From the NCBI GenBank assembly GCA_965263285.1, contig CBDHHD010000016.1:2005859-2069858 (forward strand): a DNA stretch of 64,000 nucleotides, given 5' to 3'. This DNA comes from Chitinophagaceae bacterium. Its GTDB lineage: Bacteria; Bacteroidota; Bacteroidia; Chitinophagales; Chitinophagaceae. Both the position numbers and the translations under genes were made by a program. This document shows positions 13,201-25,200 of the stretch, piece by piece. Below the pieces are notes generated by a model, which was not told where the DNA came from, ran no database searches, and saw nothing but the letters and a program-made list of their open reading frames with translations. The stretch's first letter is position 1; each line of letters begins with the position of its first letter.

Positions 13201-16200
13201 GATTATGGGGACAGGCTTGGGAAATGGAATTGAAAAATATGATTCAACATTTACTTAAGAGAAATACTGTAATATATAGTCCGTCTGATTTTAAAGATAT
13301 TCGATCAGAAGTAGATGTAAGAAGATTAATAATAGAGCCTAATAAAGAAAAGCTCTACGATTGGTTTGAAATGACGGATTTGCAAAAAGCCTATTTATTA
13401 GGTCGTTTAGATAATTTTGAAATAGGAGGCATTAGTAATACGATCTATATAAGATTTTGTTTTTCGGAGATAGATATAAAAGAGTTGAATAGAGCCTTGA
13501 ATCAATTGATTGTATGGCAACCTGCATTGAGGACTATTTTTTCTATGGAGATATTAAAACAAAGGTATCTAAGAATGGAAGAGATAGATGTATATACTAT
13601 TGAAGAAATAAACCTTGAAACAGAACCATACACAGCAGTACATAATGAAGAAATAGCCAATCGTGTGTTTCGTAAGGACTATGATGCTGGTAAATTTCCT
13701 TTGTTTCATTTTGTAGCTGTAAGATATAATGATATAGTGGTTTTGCATCATAGTATGGATTTGATTATTTTAGATGCACAAAGCAGGCAATCGTTTTGGA
13801 CAATATTGATTCAGTTGTATAAGAATAAGGACTATCAACCTGCATTTAGTGCTATATCGTTTAAGGATTATCAAGATATTGTATCTCAGTTGCGGTATTC
13901 TTCATGGTATGAGAGGGATAAAAGGTATTGGGAAGAAAAGCTAAGCAACATGCCGGGTAAACCACCTTTATTAGGCTTAGAGGATACTTCCTGGATTAAG
14001 AAAGCACATTTTTCTGAGCATACGCTTTTTGTAGACAAAAGTACCTGGATGTCATTTTGTAAAAAGATAGAAAGTTATAGATTGTCCCCTGCAGGTGTTA
14101 TTCTTGCTTTGTTTGGTAAAGTTATTGGCTACTATAGTGGAGTGGCTGAGTTTTTAATAACGATAACATTGTTTAATAGATATCATGTGCATAAAGATGT
14201 GAATCAGCTGTGGGGAGATTTTACCAATACAGATTTTTTTCATTTTTTAGATGTAGGGGGATTGTTTCCTACAATAGAAAGAACAAGTAGGAGATTATTA
14301 GACGATATAGAGCATCAATTGTATGGGGGGCAAAATGTTCAGAGAGACTGGATAAGAGCCCATGCTACAGATATACATAAGATTGTGTCTCCTATTGTTT
14401 TTACGGGAGTGTTTAATACTATAGGCAGGAACGATAATATAGTAGATAAGGAGAAGTATTTTCCTAGTGAGTATATAGAAAAGCGCTATAGTATGGGTCA
14501 AACCTCTCAAGCATGGATTGACTTGCAAGCTATTGGTACTGAAGAAGGTTTTTTAAGTAAATGGTTATTTGTTTCGGAATTGTTTAGCAAGGAGCAAATA
14601 GGACAAATGAATGGTCAAATGATTGCATGGATTGAGTGGTTGAGTAAAAATGATTGGAAAGAAAAATGTGTTATATCACCATTGAGTGCTTTTGATAGGA
14701 ATTGCATATTTGAATACGAAGAGAGAGGAAGGGTGTTAGCTCCTAAGATAGAACGAAGTTGGCTACAGGAATATGAAGAAAAGGTGATACAAAATCTATC
14801 TTTGAGAGATAGTGTTTCTGTTATAGATAGCGAACAAAATAGGATGTATACACATAAGGAGATATGGGATTTATCTAAGAAAATAGCATCGATACTTGTA
14901 AGTGAAGATAGAACAACTGTTGCTATTCTTTCCGAGAAAGGAATGTTGCAAGTAGTGAGTGCTATAGGTATTATGCAATCGGGTAAAGCTTATATTCCTT
15001 TGAATATCCATTGGTCTGTGAGCAGGATACTTGAGATAATGGAGGAGAGCGGCACGAAGGTGTTATTGATTTCTAAAAAGGAGTATGAGCATAAGATACA
15101 ATTGCAAGGATCAAATATAAGGCTATTGATTATTGAGGAGTTGTTATTAAAAGAGCAGGAGGGAGATATTTCTTTGCCAGCTGTATTGCTTTCAGATATA
15201 GCTTATATTATCTATACGTCAGGTAGTACGGGCAAGCCTAAGGGAGTGGCGATTAGCCATGAGAATATGATAAATACCCTTATAGCAGTGAATAATAGAT
15301 ATAAAGTTACAGAAAAGGATAGTGTATTGGCATTGTCGGAATTGAGTTTTGATTTATCTGTTTATGATATTTTTGGTTTGTTATTAGTGGGAGGGGGAAT
15401 TATTTTTGTGAATGATGAAGAGAGACAAGATCCTCGGCATTGGTTAGCGCTCATTGAAAAGCATAAAATAACTTTATGGAATACAGTGCCTCAATTAGCC
15501 GAGTTATTGGTAGATGAGGCAAGGGCGAGAGAAATGAGATTGGATAGTATAAGACTATATCTGTTAAGTGGCGATTGGTTGCCTTTGCAATTACCTGATA
15601 AGATAAAACGGCAATCTAAAGATACACAAGTAATAAGTTTAGGAGGAGCAACGGAAGGGAGTATTTGGTCAATATGGTATGAGATTAAGAATATAAATCC
15701 AGATTGGAAAAGTATTCCTTATGGTTATCCCATGCCTAATCAGCAAATCTATATTTTAAATCACGAATTGATTCATTCACCTGTTGGGGTTGAGGGAGAT
15801 ATTTATATAGGAGGCAAGGGAGTGGCGCAAGGATATTGGAATAATGAGGAGGAAACAGACAAACAATTTAAAGACCATCCCGAATTAGGGAAGATATATA
15901 AAACAGGAGATAGGGGTATTTTGCATGCAGAGGGATGGGTAGAGTTTAGAGGCAGAAAGGATTTTCAAGTGAAGATAAGAGGGTACAGAGTGGAATTGGA
16001 GGAGATTGAAAATAAATTAAATAAATTAGAGGGAGTTAAACAATCGGCAGTGCAGTTGTTTAAAAAGAATAATAGTGAAGTGTTGGTAGGCTTTGTGGTT
16101 AGAGAGCAATTAATAACTAAAGGAGCAGATGAAAACTTTGATAAGGAAGTCTTTAAGTTAGAACAAAGAGGAATAAGAAAGGGTTTAACAGATACCATAA

Positions 16201-19200
16201 TCTTTAAAGACAATGATATTGCCGAACAGGAATATAGATTAACGAAGAGCTATAGGAATTTTGGAGATAGAGTTGTAGATACTTCATTGATAGATACTAT
16301 TATTAGAGAAGCCAAACAGATTAAAGTAAAAACAAAAAATGTAGGAGATTCTTTGCTAACGAAAGACAAGATAGCAAGGGTTTTAACGAGATTACAGGGC
16401 AAGTCCTTATCAGACAAGATACTGCCAAAATATCTATATCCGTCTGGAGGTAGTGCATATCCAATAGAATGTTATGTAAGGGTTTCGGAATTAGGAATAA
16501 AAGGGATAGAGGGAGGTGTGTATTACTACCATCCTCTTAATAATGCACTTCAAAGAGTAGAGGATCATAGCAATAATAATCAAGATAGTATTGAGTTGAT
16601 AGTGAATTGGTCGGCTATCAAGCCTTTATATGGTGATTTTGCGGATAAATTAGTATGGATAGAATTAGGACATATTTTGGAGTTGTTGTCTACCGAGTTA
16701 AATAGATTGGGTATTGCCTTTGATATTCAAATTAAGCAAGAAAACAGGGATGAATCTAAAATGGTTTTAGCGGAGATAGTTTTAGGTGTTGATGGTAATC
16801 AAATAGAGCAATTGACAAGTGAATTGACCGCGTACTATGTGAGCAAGCGAGGGAATATATATGAGGGTTTAATAGATTTAGATAAGTATAGTGTATTTGA
16901 TAGAGCAATAGAACAAGCCAAGATATTAGAGAATGGCAAGGGTATGATTGTTGTAGAATGTGATTCTCGTAGAGACAAGGCATGCCTTGTCTCTCAATGG
17001 ATAGGTTCGGGTATAATGATTGAGAGGATAAAACAGCAATTATTGCAATATAATATAGGCTGTTGTCCTTTAGGCAGTGAGTTTGGAGAGAATAGATTGT
17101 ATAGTATGGTAATAGGCTATATTGCAAATGAGGAGAAGACGAAGGGAGAAAGCAAAGTGGTAGTGGAGAAATTAAGTAAGGTGATAAATGATAGTGTAGG
17201 ATTACCAGATTATATGTCATTGCAGGAGATAGTGTTTTTAGATAGTATGCCCTTGACGGCAAATGGCAAGTTAGATAAGTCTCGTTTGCCTGAACCTGAA
17301 ATAGAATGGCAATCGTATATAGCCCCCGTTACTAAAGAGGAGCAAGAGATGGTGGAAATATGGAGCGAGATATTGAATATAGATAAAGGTAAGATAGGTA
17401 TTGAGGATAGTTTTTTTAATTTAGGTGGTCATAGCATTACAGCGATACGGTTGATTAGCAAGATAAATAGTCGCTTTAATTTTGGGTTATCTTTTAAGGA
17501 TTTATTTGAATATCCTACCATTAGAGGCCTGATAAAAAATAGTATAACATTAAACCAAAGAGAGCAAGAAGGGGATTATATACCGTATCAATTAATAGAT
17601 AGTAGTGTTGTTATTTCTAAAGAATATTATGAGGATTGTTACCCAGCGGGGATGTTACAGTTAGGCATGTTTTTTGAACAGGAGAAATTAGGACATGGTA
17701 CTTATCTTGCATTTCAGATACAATATTTTTCGGGAAAATGTAATAGAGAAAAATTAGAGAGATGTCTTCAGACCATTATTAATAGACATGATATTTTAAG
17801 AACGGGGTATAGGATGTTAGAAGATGGCAATATCTATGTCATGGTGCAAAAGCGAGTGGAGGTAAAGGGTAAGTTGTTTTTTGTTACCGATAGTATTGAA
17901 GAGGTTAGAAAGAAAGAGATAGCATTAGCATTTAATAGAGAGATAGCTGGTTTATATAGATTCTATATTATTGAACATGCAGAAGTTTTTGTGTTATTTT
18001 TTAGTTTTCACCATGCTATTTTAGATGGGTATAGTTTAAATTTATTTATAAGGGAATTAGTTGATCTGTATCAGCATGATAATGATAAGCTATATGAAGA
18101 AGAGCAATCAAAACTATTATATGGGGAATTTATAAGAAATGAGCTATCGGCATTAAAGAATGAAGATACAAGATTGTTTTGGCAGGAATATTTAGCGGAA
18201 AGTATATTGTTGACTCCTCAATGGAATTTTAGTAAAAGCAATGGAATAAGTGTAGTAGCAGAACGACAACAGATAGAAGGATTACGCTTAGGACAGATAG
18301 AAGATATAGCGAGTAAGTATAGCTGTACAGTTGAAGAGTTATTATTATTGTCTTATATGACTGTGTTGTCGTTATTTTTTAATGAGCGAGATATTACAAT
18401 AGGGTTGGAGAAACATAATCGTATAGAGAAAGAGGGAGGGGATAGGCAATTAGGATTATTTGTTACGATGTTACCTTTCAGGTATGAGTTAAGAGATAAG
18501 GAAGCATTAGGTACAGCATTAAGCAGATTAAGAGATAGTGTAAAAAAGATAGTGAATCATAAGCAATATCCTTATAATGAAATCAAGCAACAATTAGGAG
18601 GCAGAGATTTGTTTGATATAGCGTATAGTTATAATGACTTTAGCCATTTTGTAGGGAATGAAAAGAGAACTCATATAAATGAGTTTTTAAATGAGGAGCT
18701 TAGCAACATAACAAGTATTCTTTTTATATGTAAAGTATATAAGTATAGTGGTGGATATGGGTTTGTTTTTAGTGGACATAGTAACAATATTGATCAAGCA
18801 TATTTATCTTATTTTGTAAGATACTATAATAGTGTATTAGATCAATTATGCAAAGAAGAAAGGGTGGTTTTCAAATTGATGGATGAAGACTATCAGTATT
18901 TAGTGTATGATTACAATAAAACAGAAAAAGAATATCCTAAAGATAAAACCATACATCAGCTATTTGAAGAGCAAGTAGAAAGAACGCCGAATAATATAGC
19001 GGTGGTATTTGAGGAGAAGCAATTAACCTACCAAGAGTTGAATGACAAAGCTAATCAATTGGCAAATTATTTGCATCATAATTATCAAACTAAAGCAGAC
19101 GATATTATTTGTTTGTTATTAGAACGCAGCGAATGGATGATTATTGCCATCTTAGGAGTGCTTAAGAGTGGCTCTGCTTATTGTCCTATCTCTCCCGAAT

Positions 19201-22200
19201 ATCCTAATGAGAGGGTATTATTTATTTTACGAGATACTCAACCCAAGTGTTTAATTACAAATTACAAATTGAAAATTGAAAATGTTCAGTTTGTAATTGT
19301 TAATTTAACAGATGAACAATTTCTAAAAGAATTATATTCATTTACCATTCACCATTTACCATTAATCATTCACTCTCATGCTTTAGCATATATTATCTAT
19401 ACTTCAGGAACAACGGGGAATCCTAAGGGGGTAATGGTAGATCATAGCAATGTAGTGTCTTTAGTAAAGGGAGTAGATTATGTTAAACTTGACAGCTATT
19501 CTTTTGCTATACAATTATCAGACATTTGTTTTGATGCTTTTACTTTTGAGTTGTGGGGCATGTTATTGAATGGAGGTAAGATATATGTGCCTAAAGATAT
19601 AAAAAACATGCTGGAAGTACAGATATTTAAAAGTTATTGTGTAGAACATAATATTAATACACTATGGTTAACAAAAACATTATTTGAAGCTTTGTATTTA
19701 CAAGACAATACACTTTTTAAACATCTAACTTATTTATTGGTGGGAGGAGAGGCTCTTAATTCTATATTGGTTCAACAATTGATGTGTGAGAATGGTCCGC
19801 AATTTTTTATAAATGGATATGGTCCTACCGAAAACACAACTTTTAGTTTGACTTATACATGTAATAAAAATAATAAAAATCAGAATATATCTATTGGCAA
19901 GCCATTAAATAACAGAACTGCTTTTGTAGTTTCAAATGATAATACACTATTACCCATAGGATCTATGGGCGAATTATATCTTGGTGGAGATGGTTTATCG
20001 AGAGGCTATTTGAATAGACCTGAATTGACTGCAGAACGATTTATTAAGAATCCTTTTCAAACTGAAGAAGAAAAAAAGCAAAATAGAAATGGGCGACTAT
20101 ATAAAACAGGAGACATAGTGCGCATGCTACCCGATGGTAATATTGAATACATAGGCAGAAATGATTTTCAAGTGAAGATACGAGGCTATAGAATTGAATT
20201 AGGGGAGATAGAGAATAGGATTCAAGGATTTCAGACTAGGATTGAAGGATTAAAGGATGAACAAGTGATTGAACAAGTCGTGGTATTGGTTAATGAGAAA
20301 GCGGATAATAAATATTTAGTGGGATATTTTGTGGCTAAGGAGCAAGTGGATGTAGAAGAATTAAGAAGCTATTTATCTAAGCAATTACCTGAGTATATGG
20401 TGCCTACAGGACTAGTGCAAATAGAACAAATGCCTTTAACAGTGAATGGGAAATTAGATAGAAGGACATTATTAAATATTGAATATAAAATAAGTGATGA
20501 GTCTATAGAATTGCCAAAGAACAATACGGAAGAACGATTGCTAAAGATATGGTCAAACTTATTGAAAATATCTGAATTGGAGTTAAGTGTAACGCAATCT
20601 TTTTTTAGATTAGGTGGGAATAGTTTGCTGTCTATTCGATTGGTTGGTCAATTGAATAGACAGCTGCTAGTGCAACTAAGTGTAAAAGATATTTTTGCTT
20701 ATCCTACTATTAGAGAGATATCGCATATCATTGAACAAAAAGATACGGGATTTGTATATCAAGATTATATGTTGACTGATATAAAAAAGGAGGATTATAG
20801 TTTGTTTCCGTTAAATAATGTGCAACAAGCTTATTATATAGGGAGAATAGATTTGTTTGAGATAGGCAATATTTCTACAGGGGGCTATAGTGAGTTTGTT
20901 GTGGATGATTTATCTGTTGAAAATTTAGAAAAAGCTTTAAATCGTTTAGTGCTAAGACATGCAGGTTTGCGAACTGTTTTTACTGATCAAGGTCAACAGA
21001 TTTTACCAGCTGATAATTGTCATTATTCTATTCCTGTTAATAAAATAACGACAGAAGAAGCCTTGTTAGATATTAGGAACAGGCTATTAAATATGAAGGT
21101 AGATGTAGCAAGGTTTCCTATAATCGTTATAGAAGTGTCAGAGTATAAAGGTTCGTATGTTATTCATTTTATGTTTGATGCTATTATTATGGATAATAAT
21201 AGTATGCGAATATTTTTTACTGAGTTGGTAAAGATTTATAATAATCTGGATATTGTGTTGCCCACGCTGCATATTACATATCATGAATATATTTTAGCAC
21301 TACAACGCATTCGTGATAGTAAATTGTTTGACAAAGCAAAAACATATTGGGAGACTAAGTTAGAGGATTATGATTTTAGCTGTAATCTTCCGATAGTGAT
21401 AGAACCATCAATGGTTAAGCAGTCTACTACTAAAAGGGGTTTAAGGATAATAGAGAAAGAGACGTATGATATATTACAGGAGAAATTAGCTAAAATACAA
21501 CTGAGTCCTACTTCGCTGTTATTGTCATTATATGGTAAGGTATTATGTCGTTGGTCAGGTCAAGATAAATTTAGTATTAATTTGACTTTGTTTAATCGCT
21601 TGCCGTTACATAAAGAGGTGAATGATATATTGGGTGATTTTACAAATTTAGAGTTATATAATTATGATGATGTAAAAAGTAGAGATATTGTAGAGCATTA
21701 TTTAAAAGGAGTACAAAATGTTCTTTGGGATGATATAGAGAATAATCTATTTGATGGGATTGACTTTCAAAGATTGATAAGAGAGCGAAAACAATGGTCT
21801 ATTTCCAAGGCTATAGCTCCGATTGTATTAACGAGTGTATTAGGATTTAAAGAAAAAAAAGAAGAAGGGGATGTTATTAATTTGTTTGGGAGACAACATT
21901 ATTCTATTTCAAGAACATCACAGGTTTGGATAGACAATGCGGTATATGAAGATTATAATGGCAATTTGATTCTTCGTTGGGATTTTGTAGAGCAGTTATT
22001 TTTACCTGAAGTAATAGAGGGGATGTTGGATGAGTATGCTTATTTGATAAGGAAGATAGCAGCGATGGATATACAGAGGGATAGATTGGAATGTTATAGA
22101 TTGCCTGCTACTTATCAACATATTATTGAAAAATATAATGCTACTGCAGAAGAATATGATGTGAAGACAATTATAGACTTCTATGATAACTGTGTTATAC

Positions 22201-25200
22201 AAGATGCATGCAAGTGTAATGCTATTGCTGTGGTGGAAGGAGGGAATAATAAGCAAGCATATAAACATAGAGAAGTGGCTATAGGATCTAAAAATATAGC
22301 TACTCATCTATATAAGTATTATAAAGAAGAACAAACTGTTGCTATTTTATCTGAGAAAGGCTATAATCAAGTAGTGAGTAGTCTTGGTATTATGCAATCG
22401 GGTAAAGCTTATATTCCTTTGAATATCCATTGGTCTGCGAGTAGGATACTTGAGATAATGGAGGAGAGCGGCACGAAGGTGTTATTGATTTCTAAAAAGG
22501 AATATGAGCATAAGAGACAATTGCAAGCATCAAATATAAGGCTATTGATTATTGAGGAATTATTAACAAAAGAGTGGGAGGGAGATATTTCTTTGCCAGC
22601 TGTATTACTTTCAGATATTGCTTATATTATCTATACATCAGGTAGTACGGGTAAACCTAAGGGAGTGGCGATTAGCCATGAGAATATGATGAATACCATT
22701 ATAGCAGTGAATAATAGATATAAAGTTACAGAAAAGGATAGTGTATTGGCATTGTCGGAATTGAGTTTTGATTTATCTGTTTATGATATTTTTGGTTTGT
22801 TATTAGTGGGAGGGGGAATTGTTTTTGTGAATGATGAAGAGAGACAAGATACTCAGCATTGGTTATCGCTCATTGAAAAGCATAAAATAACTTTATGGAA
22901 TACAGTGCCTCAATTAGCCGAGTTATTGGTAGATGAGGCAAGGACGAGAGCAATGAGATTGGATAGTATAAGACTATATCTGTTAAGTGGCGATTGGTTG
23001 CCTTTGCAATTACCTGATAAGATAAAACGGCAATCTAAAGATACACAAGTAATAAGTTTAGGAGGAGCAACGGAAGGGAGTGTTTGGTCAATATGGTATG
23101 AGATTAAGAATATAAATCCAGATTGGAAAAGTATTCCTTATGGTTATCCCATGCCTAATCAGCAAATCTATATTTTAAATCACGAATTGATTCATTCACC
23201 TATTGGGGTTGAGGGAGATATTTATATAGGAGGCAAGGGAGTGGCGCAAGGATATTGGAATAATGAGGAGCAAACAGACAAACAATTTAAAGAACATCCC
23301 GAATTAGGGAAGATATATAAAACAGGAGATAGGGGTATTTTGCATGCAGAGGGATGGGTAGAGTTTAGAGGCAGAAAGGATTTTCAAGTGAAGATAAGAG
23401 GGTACAGAGTGGAATTGGAGGAGATTGAAAATAAATTAAATAAATTAGAGGGAGTTAAACAATCGGCAGTGCAGTTGTTTAAAAAGAATAATAGTGAAGT
23501 GTTGGTAGGCTTTGTGGTTAGAGAGCAATTAATAACTAAAGGAGCAGATGAAACCTTTGATAAGGAAGTCTTTAAGTTAGAACAAAGAGGAATAAGAAAG
23601 GGTTTAACAGATACTATAACCTTTAATGATAATGGTATTGATGAGGAGTTATATAGATTAACGAAGAGCTATAGGAATTTTGGAGATAGAGTTGTAGATA
23701 CTTCATTGATAGATACTATTATTAGAGAAGCCAAACAGATTAAAGTAAAAACAAAAAATGTAGGAGATTCTTTGCTAACGAAAGACAAGATAGCAAGGGT
23801 TTTAACGAGATTACAGGGCAAGTCCTTATCAGACAAGATACTGCCAAAATATCTATATCCGTCTGGAGGTAGTGCATATCCAATAGAATGTTATGTAAGG
23901 GTTTCGGAATTAGGAATAAAAGGGATAGAGGGAGGTGTGTATTACTACCATCCTCTTAATAATGCACTTCAAAGAGTAGAGGATCATAGCAATAATAATC
24001 AAGATAGTATTGAGTTGATAGTGAATTGGTCGGCTATCAAGCCTTTATATGGTGATTTTGCGGATAAATTAGTATGGATAGAATTAGGACATATTTTGGA
24101 GTTGTTGTCTACCGAGTTAAATAGATTGGGTATTGCCTTTGATATTCAAATTAAGCAAGAAAACAGGGATGAATCTAAAATGGTTTTAGCTGAGATAGTT
24201 TTAGGCGTTGATGGTAATCAAATAGAGCAATTGACAAGTGAATTGACCGCCTACTATGTGAGCAAGCGAGGGAATATATATGAGGGTTTAATAGATTTAG
24301 ATAAGTATAGTGTATTTGAAAGAGCAATAGAACAAGCCAAGATATTAGAGAATGGCAAGGGTATGATTGTTGTAGAATGTGATTCTCGTAGAGACAAGGC
24401 ATGCCTTGTCTCTCAATGGATAGGTTCGGGTATAATGATTGAGAGGGTAAAACAGCAATTATTGCAATATAATATAGGCGGTTGTCCTTTAGGCAGTGAG
24501 TTTGGAGAGAATGAATTGTATAGTATGGTAATAGGATATATTGCAAACGAGGAGAAGACGAAGGGAGAAAGCAAAGTGGCAGTGGATAAATTAAGTAAGG
24601 TGATAAATGATAATTTAGGATTACCAGATTATATGTCATTGCAGGAGATAGTGTTTTTAGATAGTATGCCCTTGACGGCAAATGGCAAGTTAGATAAGTC
24701 TCGTTTGCCTGAACCTGAAATAGAATGGCAATCGTATATAGCCCCCGTTACTAAAGAGGAGCAAGAGATGGTGGAAATATGGAGCGAGATATTGAATATA
24801 GATAAAGGTAAGATAGGTATTGAGGATAGTTTTTTTAATTTAGGTGGTCATAGCATTACAGCGATACGGCTGATTAGCAAGATAAATAGTCGCTTTAATT
24901 TTGGGTTATCTTTTAAGGATTTATTTGAATATCCTACCATTAGAGGCCTGATAAAAAATAGTATAACATTAAACCAAAGAGAGCAAGAAGGGGATTATAT
25001 ACCGTATCAATTAATAGATAGTAGTGTTGTTATTTCTAAAGAATATTATGAGGATTGTTACCCAGCGGGGATGTTACAGTTAGGCATGTTTTTTGAACAG
25101 GAGAAATTAGGACATGGTACTTATCTTGCATTTCAGATACAATATTTTTCTGGAAAATGTAATAGAGAAAAATTAGAGAGATGTCTTCAGACCATTATTA

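Noticed and set aside
16109-17159. The A-domain insertion interpreted as an N-methyltransferase (the more common A8-A9 insert).
   Set aside because: No SAM-binding VLE.G.G.G-type motif is visible. The insert instead has KSYRNF and YPSGGSAYP...GVYYYHP, which fit an FMN oxidase.
16756-17262. A 168-aa antisense ORF conserved in four copies (also 24175-24681, 36094-36600, 52042-52548), opposite the Ox/A10 region.
   Set aside because: Its conservation is explained entirely by duplication of the sense-strand NRPS modules. The translation is low-complexity (Leu/Ser/Pro/Tyr-rich) with no recognisable motif, and no independent start or regulatory signals are apparent.
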